Source of the DNA: Geosiphon pyriformis uo1
Taxonomy: Eukaryota > Fungi > Glomeromycota
Reading direction: 5' to 3'
Length of the DNA: 64,000 nt
Assembly (NCBI GenBank): GCA_016748015.1
Contig: JAAOMT010000776.1
Coordinates: forward strand, 1-64,000
Below are positions 53,197 through 64,000 of the stretch, piece after piece; position 1 is the stretch's first letter, and the number at the start of each line of letters is the position of its first letter. A program made the translations under genes and the position numbers. A model generated the notes under the pieces. It was not told the DNA's origin and did no database searches. It saw only the letters and a program-made list of their open reading frames with translations.

Positions 53197-53826
53197 ATGG
53201 AAATTACAGACAACATCCACTCACTAGCACAACAACTCTTTCAATTGATTTAACACCAAGAGATGGAAATTACAATTAATCAACAAACCATTCGATATTA
53301 AGACACTAGAAAGACATTGCCACATAGAACACAGAAAAAAACAGAAAATACTATTGACAAAATCATTGTGAAAGTAAAATTAGCAATAAAAGAGTTGACA
53401 AAAGAATTACTATATTAAGAGTTGACTAAAAAAACTTGGAATTGGTGAATACAACAATTTCCAAGAAACTATTGTTATTTTTACTTGGGACAACATGTGA
53501 ATATCCAAAATCTATATATGAATAAAACAAAACAATTATTTGACACCAGAATACTACAACAATTAGAACATTTTGTGAGAAAGAACAACTTATCCATATA
53601 GGCCTGAGCCATATACCAAATACACACAGCATTTCAGGATCAACCAGAAATCTTACTCAACAAAGCAATGGACATGATTACCAGTAATCAATTAGAAAAG
53701 ATCACCAACACTCAATTTGAAGAATTACAGACTCAAATAACACAAGTAATTCTCAAAAATGAAATTCAGAAAATACTTCAAGAAGGAGAATTAACAGAGT
53801 TAGATTTCGATGGAGCTTAATATTAA
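53197..53826 (+). pseudogene. A ORF3, unknown protein
   Basis: Same frame and motifs as B ORF3; stop overlaps the PPT. Confidence 0.72.
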
Positions 53827-53839
53827 AAGAAGAGAATAA

Positions 53840-54674
53840 TGGTACTCATAGAAATATAGGGAATATATATTAGCATAGTTATTAGCCAATCAGAAGTAGA
53901 TGTAGTAAAATGTGGAATTCCAGGATTTCTCTCAGGAATTGCAGGATTCCAGGAATTACAGGATTCTCACAAGGAATCGCAGGATTCCAAAATTCCAGAA
54001 TTCCTCTTAAAAGAATTGCAGAATTCCAGAAATTCCAGGATTCCTGTTGTGAAGAATTGAAGAATTGAGGAATCTCAATTATGTATATATAGCAGTAGAA
54101 TTAGAAGCTAAAAAGACAAATCTCTCAGTTTAGATTTCATTTAGACAACCTTCTAAACACAATAAATAACTATTTGGTATCTCAAACTTAATTCCACTAT
54201 CAACACTCCATGTTGATAGTAATTGATACTTAAACACACTGGAACAATAGCTCTTGATCATGACTATTGATAGGATATTGACTTGTAAAATCGCCTTGGC
54301 TTATTTATGATTTTTTTTTATTTCTTTTCTTTATTTTATTTTATTTTGATTTTATTGTTGTGCACTAATTGGTTAAATAAAGTACTAGATTACTGACATC
54401 AAGGATTGCCTGGTAAAAGACTCCTGCAAGAGGGTAGAACATGTACAGAAGATATGAAATACTTACTAAAAGATTGCTGGCCATCATGCCAAGAGAAAAA
54501 TTGACAGAATTGTGATTCTGGGAAGCTACAGATAAAACAACTATTGAATTTCTGTCCATTATACAAAGAACTCAAACCAAAACCTTTAGATTAATAACAT
54601 CAACACAAATAACTTTTAGCACCAAGTTACGGGTTTGTTATTTGATTCAACATCCCAAATAATCACTCGTAATA
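53840..54674 (+). repeat. 3' LTR of A
   Basis: Preceded by PPT, followed by TSD CTGT. Confidence 0.95.
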
Positions 54675-57456
54675 CTGTCTTTGTATATTGTAGACTTCTT
54701 TCCAGAGACTAATTTGAAATCTACCTGCAGTTTGGAATCTTCTTTGAACCTATTCTTGTAATTGTCTGATGTGTTTTTCTAATCTAGAAACACAAAATGT
54801 TAATAACTTTTTCACAATTTCTTTAAGTATATAATAAAGCTTTTTTTTTCAATTTAATTAATAACCATGTGAATAATCTTGATTAGAGATTATTCTTCCA
54901 AAGGGTTTAAAGATGGAATAATAGTTTTATTTTCTAGAGAAGATATGTAAATTCTATTGTTAATTTCATAATTGTGATATTAATTCAATTTATTATTTTT
55001 ATTAATTTTTTTTGAATAAGATTTTATTTAGATATTTGTTGTTTTAAGTTGAAGCTGTTTTTTTGATTCTTCATTATTAAAAACTATTATATATATATAT
55101 AATTATTGTTTTACAAAATAATATCTTGTAATATTTTATTTCTGTTATTTCTAAATAGTGCTTACTGCTATTATATGGTAGTGTTTACTGTTATTTGTAA
55201 ATTATTTCTTTTTCTTTTTATAAATTGTTGCTGTACTATTTCATGATTGGCTAATTTATATTATTTATAATTCCTATTAAATTTTTAAATTGTAACAATA
55301 TTATGTAAAGCAATAGCCAAGATTAGCCAAAAAAATCAAGACAAATAGAATTTGTTTATATTATTAGTATTATTTGCTTATTGAACAATAAAGCAAGATA
55401 CCATATAAGCAATACTATTTAAACTTATTTATAGTAGAACAACAATATTATCAATTGAAATAAATATCAATACATATCTAACAGAACTAATAACAGAAGC
55501 CAACTTCTAAAAAACATACAATTTAATAAAAACTTTAGAAAACAAAAGATAAAAAGCAACTAATAATATACAAAAGTCATAAGCAAAACAAAAAAATAAC
55601 ATGATAACTAATTATTAAATAAACCAATTAAATTTAAAATTGAAAACAAAGTATTTTTATATTGTACCAAAGTAAAAAATAATAGATTAGAAAATTTAAT
55701 TTTAAATAAAATAGACTATTTCATATTAAAAAATTTTTTGGAAATGGAGCTTATAAATTAAGATAAGACAACAAAATTTTAGCTAAAACAGCACATAAAA
55801 ATTGACTAAAACCATATTACAATATAATATTATCATCTATCAATAATATTTTACAACTAAAGATACAATGAATACTAATCTAGCCAAATAAGATTCCATA
55901 ATCTAAAACCAATTATTATTATTAACACAAATACATTAAATTAATCTACAAAAACAGTATATAAAAAATCAATACATATAACAAAAGCAAACAAAAAAAT
56001 GAAAATTACTAACAATATTCACTTAATAGTTCAACAACTATTTTAATTGATTAAATATCAAAAACTAAACATAGAAATTACAATTAATTAACAAACTATT
56101 TAATATACAGAAAGGAAAAAAAAAACTCCAATACAAAGTACAACATAAGATATATAAAAAATATAAAAATATAGTAGAAGATATAATAGCAAAAGTAAAA
56201 ATATCTATAAAAACACCAAAAACAATAGTATCATATCAGAAGTTAATAGAAAAAAATTAAAAATGATAAACATAACAATTTACAAGAAACTTTTGCTATT
56301 ATTACTTGGAACAAAAGCTCAATATTCAGAACTTATATACAAATAAAACAAAATAAGTGTTTAACATGACAATATTACAACAACTTAAACAATTTATGAG
56401 AAAAAACAATCTATTTATTCAGACACAATCGATATACTGGTTATATACAAAGTTTTAAAACTGTTTAAAAATTTTGTTACACTTAACAATGAATACAATA
56501 ATCATTAACCAATTGGAAAAAATACCAATATTTAGTTTAAAGAATTATAGACCAATATTGTCCAAGTAATTCTTCAAAAAGATATTATAAAGCTAATCCA
56601 AAAGAAAGATTTAAAAAATTTAGAAGATTTTAATAAAGCTCAATATTAAAAGAAAAGAATAATATTACTTATAGAAATTAAGAATTATAATAATAAGTAA
56701 AATAGCCAATCAAAAATAAGTATAGTAAAATAAGAAATTTTAGAATTCTCTTGGAAAATTACAAGATTCTTAGAAATTTTGTATAATATAAATTATATAT
56801 ATATAGTAAAAATATTAAAAGCAAAAAAAGTAATTCCAAGAAAATTCAATAGAGTTTAAATTAATTTAGAACAATATCTCTTTTTTCAAAAGATGATTTT
56901 TTATAACTTAAAGTAAAATTATTCTTATATTAATAAAATTATTTATTGTTATTGAATTTATGTTATTATTACTTAATTATAAAAATATTAATCCATTTTA
57001 CTTTATTAACATTCCATGTTAATAAAATCTAATACTTAACCATACTGAACCAATAACTCTTGATTATAGCTATTGACAGAATGCTAATTTCTTATTTTTA
57101 TTTTTTATTTTCTTTTAATTTTTTTTAATTTCTTTTGTTTTATTTTTTTGTTGTTTACTAATTAATTAAAAGAATTAAGCATTAAGTATTTGACATTAAA
57201 AATAGTCTGGTAAAAAACCCAAAAATAAAAGTAGAAAATTAAGGATAGCTTACCAAAAGAGCACAACTGCTAAAATAAACTGGTCATTATATTGAAAAAA
57301 AAATTTATGAAAAAAATCATCAATTAAATCTCTGTCTATTATACAAAAAATTTAACCAAAACTTTTAAACTTCAAAATTACCAATTATACCAGTTATTAA
57401 GCACCAAGTTACAGGTTTGTTATTTGTTTTAATACTTCAAATAATTATTTGTAATA

Positions 57457-59629
57457 TCACAAATAAATTGATTTAAGATTTGTAGTATTGTAAAGTAATC
57501 AGTATTAATTGTTTGAATATGATACAGATTTCTGTAGAATTATTCTAAATAAGTAGTAATTGCTTCTATATTATCTTGTTTAATAATAATAAAGCTAGTT
57601 AACAAGCAATTTATGCTATTATTATTATTAAAATACTGTAAAAACATGGTTTTAAATGTGTCAAAATTTTGGGGTTTGTTTACAAAATTTTAATATCATA
57701 AATCAACAGTATTCTGAAAAAAGTACAGAATAACTTGAAGTGCTCTGATATTGTTCCATCTATTGGCTGTAATAACTTTTTTTATATTGTTTAGTCATGC
57801 TTGGGTATTGTTTTTTTCATCTGTAAATTTTTCTAATTTGGCAATAAATGCATATGTTATTGGTGCAAGTTGTTATTGTTGTGGTTGTTGTTAAGATTGT
57901 TGTTGTTATATAGCAATTGATGCAACTAGTAAATTGATCATGATAACTGGAGATAAGTTTTGCTAAAGAATAAGAATGAAGTTTGGATTGTTTAAGTTTT
58001 GCAAAGTTTGTACAATTAGAGTTTGTACTTCCAGATTATTTGAAATTGGGTTTTGATTATTATTTTCTTGATTATTGTCTTTTTTTTTTTCTAATTCAGT
58101 ATCTTCTCAATAATGAATTAATCTAAAATTTAATTGAAATAACAATAATTAAAGTCTTAATGGTATTTTTAATTGCAATTTAAATCTTTCAAAAAAATTG
58201 CTATAAGTTTCTAATAATTTGGCTTTTTTTTAATTATTTTAAAATAGTACTTTGAATAATAGTGTTTTTGTCATTGACATTGATGTAAATCTAGATGGTA
58301 TGTGTATAGTACTTTTTGATATATAATGATATAATAGGTAAATAGATAAAATAATTTTTGGTTTCTTTTAAGTAAGTGGTTGTATTTTTCTTGGTGTTCC
58401 TGCTGGAGTTTGTAATTTCTCTTTGTTTGCAAAGATAATAGGAAATTTTTGCTGAGTGTACTTCTTAATTTCTCTGTTTATTTCTGTAATTAGTGGTGCA
58501 AACAAATAATTTGGTAGAAGTATAGTGTTTTGTAATAGTTTACTGTAAAAATTTTTGAGTGTGGCTTTTGGATCTTTTTGGTTTTTCAAGTAGAATTTAA
58601 TTTTTTTGTTGACATAGAAATTGAAAGCTGATTTTGCTGGCCAATAGTTACCTATCAATCTGAAACAAGTTTAATAATATTAAAATAAAAATTTTATAAA
58701 TTTTAAATGATTTTTTTCTATGTTTTTTTGGTCTGTCACTTTTTCAGATGGTTAATATTGATGCTGGTTTTCTGTTAGATTATATTTTACAGGGAGTATC
58801 AAATATTACAAATGATTATTTGGAATGTTAGAACAAATAACAAACCCATAACTTGGTGCTTAATAGCTGAGAATATTACTAATTTCTGAAAGTTTTAAGG
58901 TCTGAAGATTTTGGTTAAGTTTTTTGTATAATAAACAGAGATTTAATTAATGGTTTCTTTTGTGAATTTTTTTTAGTGTAATGGCTAGTTTATTCTGGCA
59001 GCTGTGTTTTTTTGGTAAACTATTCTTAAATTTCTACTCTTGTTTTTGGATTTTTTACCAAATTATCTTTGATATCAAATACTTAGCACTTAATTTTTTT
59101 AATTAATTAATAAACAACAAAAAAATAAAATAAAAAAAAATAAAAAAAATAAAAAAAAATAAGAAATTAATATCCTATTAATAATCATAATCAAGAATTA
59201 TTGTTTTAATATAATTAAATATCAGAGTTTATTAACATAAATTATTAATAATAAAGAAATGATTAATATTATTAATCAAGCAATGATAAGATAAATTGAA
59301 TAATAATGAGATATTTTATTGATATTAATAAAATTCTATTTCAAGTTATAGAAAACTATCTTTTGAAAAAAAAAATATAAAATAAGTAATTATTATTAAT
59401 TACTGTTCTGTTTAAGTTAAATTTTTTTTTGCTTCTAATACTCTTACTATATATACATAATTTATGTTATACAAGATTTCTTGAAATTTTTTAATTTCTT
59501 TGAAAAAAATTTGGAATTCTGGAATTCTGCAATTTCCCAAGAAGAATCTTGAAATTTTTTTTCTTACTATGCTTATTTCTAATTGGCTATTTTACTTACT
59601 ATTATAATTCCTACTTTTTATGAGTAATA
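57457..59629 (-). mobile_element. Ty3/Gypsy element F, 5' remnant (LTR 58804-59629, PBS, gag), cut by D
   Basis: Gag ORF 58368-58658; degenerate PBS ~58785-58803; LTR most like that of D. Confidence 0.85.
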
Positions 59630-61010
59630 CTATCCAAAAAAACTATTCTTAAATTAAAAAACCCACTTGTAAACAATATGTTTATAAAAATCAGTTAATA
59701 TTTTAAGATAAAACATTTTTTTTGTTATTTTATTATCTACAAACAAATAGATTAATAAAATGTTTTAATAAAATACTATGTAAATTACTTGTAAAAATAA
59801 TTAATAAAATAGAACAAAAATAGAATTTATTTATCTTTATAGTTTTATTGACTTATTAAACATTAAAACAAGATATTACAAAATTTATATTATTCAAATT
59901 AACTTATGAAAAGAATGCTATGTTATTTATAAAACTAATAAAAAACATCTATTCAACAGAACCAATAAATAAGAGCAACTTACAAAAAACTATTAAAAAA
60001 TGGATTTATAAACTGCTAAAAAAATTAGAAAGCAATTACTGATGCATAATTATTAATATTAAGTACTTTTAAAAACAATAAAAAGTCTGTTATAATAACA
60101 AATTTTTAAAATAATCTATTGTTTACAAAATAGAAGACAAAGTTTTATTATATTAAACAAAAACAGAAAAACAATAAAACAAAAAATTTAACAATAAATA
60201 GAACAAATTTTTTTATGTTTATAATATTTTAAATAATAGAACATATAAGTTACATCTAAATAATAAAATTTTGAAAAAAATTGCATATAATAACCGATTA
60301 AAAATCTATTATCAACAACAATTATTTGATTTGTTAATATCTAAATTAGAAACATATATACTAATTATGTCTTCTAATTAAATCTTATAAAACTTAAAAC
60401 CAATAATAATCATTAAATATTATCTAAGAAACAATTAATCTAACTAGTTACATTTTTGTTATTACTATTAATATTTAAAAAAAATTAAAACAATTCTAAA
60501 AATAATTAAAAATATTAGAAATATTAAATTATTAAAATTTTTTTTAATTTTATATATAAAAATAATTTATTATTATTATAAATATACTTAAAAATATTAT
60601 AAATACTTTTAATTTTTATTTTAGTTACTACAAAAATTTAATTTCCAATTAAAAATTACTTTTAATAATTCTGAAATTTTATATAGAAAAAAAAATTCAG
60701 TCACACAAAAAAATAAGCTAAACACAATCTATTTTAAAACAATTTATATTGAAAAAAATAACAAAAAATTCAACAAAACAAAATTCCAGAAATTCAAAAA
60801 ACTAACTGAAAAAAACAATATCTAACACTATTTTAGAGCAATATATTAACTCTATATACTATTTTAATATTGTTCAAAAGTATTATTAACAAATAAAATA
60901 AACATATTTACTCTTAATAAAATTAAAAAACTTATTAACAACAAATTCTAAAATTTATAAAAGTAAATAATTTAAACAAATACACAGATTTTTGTGTTAA
61001 ATATTGATAT
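59630..61010 (+). mobile_element. Highly decayed element H: integrase C-half and ORF3 remnant
   Basis: Recognisable PKKL..THLVN, QTNRLIK.FNKILC, YKIEDKVLLY and LKPIIII. Confidence 0.7.
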
Positions 61011-64000
61011 TGTTATGAATTAGAGTAACAAGCTAATGGATAGCAAGAGAGAACAAGATTGTAGAGTAATGAAAGGAATCAAAGGGAATTCAACTTCAAA
61101 AAATGAATTAAATAAGTATAGATTTAATGTGCAAAATCAGTTTTATAAAATATCTTAGTTACTATACTTTTCAAAAGATAACCAAAGAATCTGAAGATAG
61201 AAAAATAGTCCATACTGTCAACAAATGATCACACACTGGTATAATTCTATGCCTTATATCAGTACTCTTAAAATTTAATATTAGGTATTAGATGTACTCT
61301 TTAGTCATATTTTATTCAATAATTTTTAAATACTACAATTACATATTTCAGAAAAAAGGTAGAAAACAACCAACAAGTAATCTTTTATTCTAAGATGTTC
61401 AGATATTTGAAAGTAGAGAAAGGGAAATTAGCAATTAGCAATAAAAGAATGATTAAGATGAAAGTTGTTATTTTATTTATTTTTTTTCTTTGATTCTTAT
61501 ATGCTTTTTTACAGCTAAGAGATTTATCACTTATATAGCTATCAAAAGTGATCAATGATTAGATCAATAACTAAGTCAATAATCAAGTTAATGATTAGGT
61601 CAATAATCAGGTAAACAATCAGGTCAATGGTCAAATCATTGATCAGGTCAATAATTACTTTCTAAAAATAGAGTGGCTAATTATATGACATTAGTAGCTA
61701 ATATATGTGATAATTAATAAGAAGTATAAATTTCAACCATAATATTATCCTCTCCAAAAAGATTGAGCTCTGGCAAAATCAAGCTATTTATAGTATAATT
61801 TATTTGAAAAGTTTTATCTAACTTAAAGCTAACTAATTTGTTGAAGCATTTTGTGAATAGAATATATAATACTTAAGGTAAAATAAGTTTTATATTCAAG
61901 AGACCAAATCTTTGTATTAGAGTTTTGGCTCTTTTAACAATAATTAAAACTCTTGGAACATCTAACTATATAATGTCCAAAATTTCTGTCTGTATCTTTA
62001 AAATTGTTTTTTTCATGAATTTTATATCCTCTATAATTTCTCTAAGGTAACTATAGAGTTTTAATTGCTTTCCATATGACAAATTTTTGTCTATGGGCAA
62101 AATTTCTTGGATTGTTTTTCCAATTGTGCTAGAAGATAAGAGTATAGCTGCTGTTATATTTTCTAACAGATATTTATCTATTTTGCTATCAATTTTTTCC
62201 TTTTTGGTAGTGGTTTTCTTTGGTCTAATAACAGTATGTGTTTTACTGTTATCAGTTATGGTAGTTTGTTTTCCAATAGTTAAAGTAGCATTTAGATAGT
62301 TTTTGATCCAATACTTATGAAGAGTATAGAAGACATTTTGAATGTTTTAATCCAGAAAATAATTGTTTATGTTGATTGAAGATACCTTTGTTTTGAGAAT
62401 AATGCATTTATTTATACTTGATTTTTGCTGATCATTTGGGTTGGTATTACCACAACAAACAAACAATCAGGTCGTTTATAATATTTCTTGAGTCATGTAC
62501 TATAAACAAAATGATTATTGAAGATTGTTCTGGATTGATCTTGAAGAATATAAAAACCATTGTTCAAAACTTTGTTGACTATAAAGGATCTTTTTCACTG
62601 GCTAGAGAATTTATCACCATAGACATTGTTTTTGTCTGAATGGTATTCTAATACCAAGTCACCAATACTTAAAAAAAGTGTTTTATAGGTTTTCTTTTCT
62701 TAAGCTTTTCTTGGAATTGTTTTATCTTTTCAAAAACAATTATTTGTGCTTTTACCAAGAAGTCAAGAATAGTACTAAGTCTTTTTTGCAAAATATCTTT
62801 GTAATTTCTTCAAAAAATATTGTCTCAATATCAGTTTCTATTGGTAGTATTGCCATATGTCTATAGAGCAGATAAAAAGGTTCATAACTTGTTATGTCAT
62901 AATTCACAATTCTATAAGCAAACAAAGCTGAAAGCAGTATTTTGTTTCATAAATTTGTTTCTTTACTGGTTTTGGTTAAGGTTTTACATAGTATTCTATT
63001 GAAATGTTCTACTAAGCTATTTGTTTGAAAATGGTAAAAAAAAAAGTTTATAACATATTCTCATTTTTCTACAAAGTTCTTTAACCAGTGTACTGAGAAA
63101 AGCTCTTTCTCTATTAGATAAAAGTTTTTTGAAGCAGCCATAATGGCAGATGATATTTTCATAAATAAAATTGGCTATTGAGACTGCTGTTTAATCTGGA
63201 GTGGTTCTTGTTTCTACTCACTTTGTAAGATAATTGGTAGCTGTGATAATATATCTGTTACTATTAGAAGTTATTGTTAAAGGTCCAAAAACATCTATAC
63301 CAATTCTGTTAAATAGTTGACCAACAAAGATTGGATGGATATCTTTTTTGTAATTGGGTTTGCCTTTTCTTTGGCAAATATCACAGGTTCTAATATATTC
63401 AGCAATATTCTTTCTTAAGATAGGCCAATAATAGCAAGCTAAAGTTTTCTGAATTGTTTTTGTTTTTCCAAAGTGTCTAGCTAATAAGTTAGTGTGCATG
63501 TTGTATATTACAATTTCTCTTTTTTCAAATCTGATGACTCTCTGGGAGTGGTCAAAATCTTTTCTGTTTCTTTTATATAATTGGTTCTGGCAGATCAAAT
63601 AAAAATTTGAATGTTTGTACAAATATTTTCTTTGCTGTCAAGTGTATTCTGATGAGTATTGTTCTTTATCCAAAAATTTCATTAAGACAGAGTAGTTGTC
63701 CAAGTTTATTATTGTGTTTGTCAAAAAAGAGAGTTACTAATAATTAAAGTGGGTTGGTTTGAAAAGCTTGTACTGTTACTGGATGGTAAATCTAAAGAAA
63801 GTGTTGGCATTTTGATGATTTGCTCCTTTGCAGTATTGAATATCATAGTCAAATTCATTCAAGTGGAGTATCCAGCAAGTTATTTATTTGTGTTCCAGCT
63901 TTTTTTTATTGCACAGCCAAACTAAGACTTGATAATCTATTACCATTAAAAATTTCACACCAAAAAAATATTGATCCCAGTAATTAGTAGTTCAAATTAC
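61011..64000 (-). mobile_element. Ty3/Gypsy element M of another family: RNase H end, separate integrase, ORF3-like region, PPT and 3' LTR 61011-61744; runs off the window
   Basis: TGTTATG...CATAATA termini; PPT GGAGAGGATAA at 61745-61755; integrase ORF 63218-63622 (HHCC, IGIDV). Confidence 0.87.
61549..61657. repeat. 12-bp tandem array (GGTCAATGATCA-like) in U3 of the M LTR
   Basis: ~9 visible units next to a TATA at ~61530. Confidence 0.8.

Larger units (their letters stand above)
44561..54674 (+). mobile_element. Full-length dUTPase-carrying Ty3/Gypsy LTR retrotransposon A (inactivated)
   Basis: LTRs 44561-45410 and 53840-54674; TSD CTGT on both sides; PBS 45413-45429; PPT 53825-53839. 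Confidence 0.96.
44396..55297 (-). mobile_element. Solo LTR E (~780 bp, distinct sequence; parts 44396-44560 and 54675-55297), split by A
   Basis: TATTAC...GTAACA termini; TSD ACAT/ATAT inside D integrase; reverse CCAAT ~55245 and TATA ~55090. Confidence 0.78.
42187..57456 (+). mobile_element. Ty3/Gypsy element D, 3' half (RT-RH, IN, ORF3, 3' LTR 56663-57456), interrupted by E and A
   Basis: Integrase FN(R)T|LCKAIAK is split at 44395/55298; PPT 56648-56662. Confidence 0.88.

Noticed and set aside
30711-59633. C and F as two ends of one minus-strand element (flanks CTGC/CTAT)
   Set aside because: Their LTRs belong to different subfamilies, and the outer flanks are non-contiguous, overlapping parts of integrase from different hosts (G vs H)

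Overview
Very AT-rich eukaryotic DNA with no intact gene I can support. The TE proteins, Crinkler-type kinases and lipase resemble Glomeromycota fungi, possibly Geosiphon (recognition only, not a search result). Bases 1-19,000 hold pseudogenes (three kinases, a class-3 lipase), a full-length dead Tc1 DD34E transposon, a LINE with RNase H, a decayed 28S rRNA fragment and minisatellites. Bases 19,000-64,000 are a nest of about 12 Ty3/Gypsy-type LTR elements or fragments with at least 3-4 LTR types; my labels are A-K and M. Two are full-length with paired LTRs, PBS, PPT and 4-bp target-site duplications (TSD): B 31731-41831 and A 44561-54674. Comparing copies shows an unusual genome plan: a frame with no conserved AUG for its first ~320 codons encoding Gag-PR-Cys-rich domain-dUTPase-pseudo-dUTPase-RT-RNaseH; then a stop and a separate integrase ORF with its own ATG; then an extra unknown ORF3 before the PPT. 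LTRs carry conserved, partly covarying hairpins, and every insertion site has a central pyrimidine-purine step. All repeats show heavy C-to-T/G-to-A mutation.
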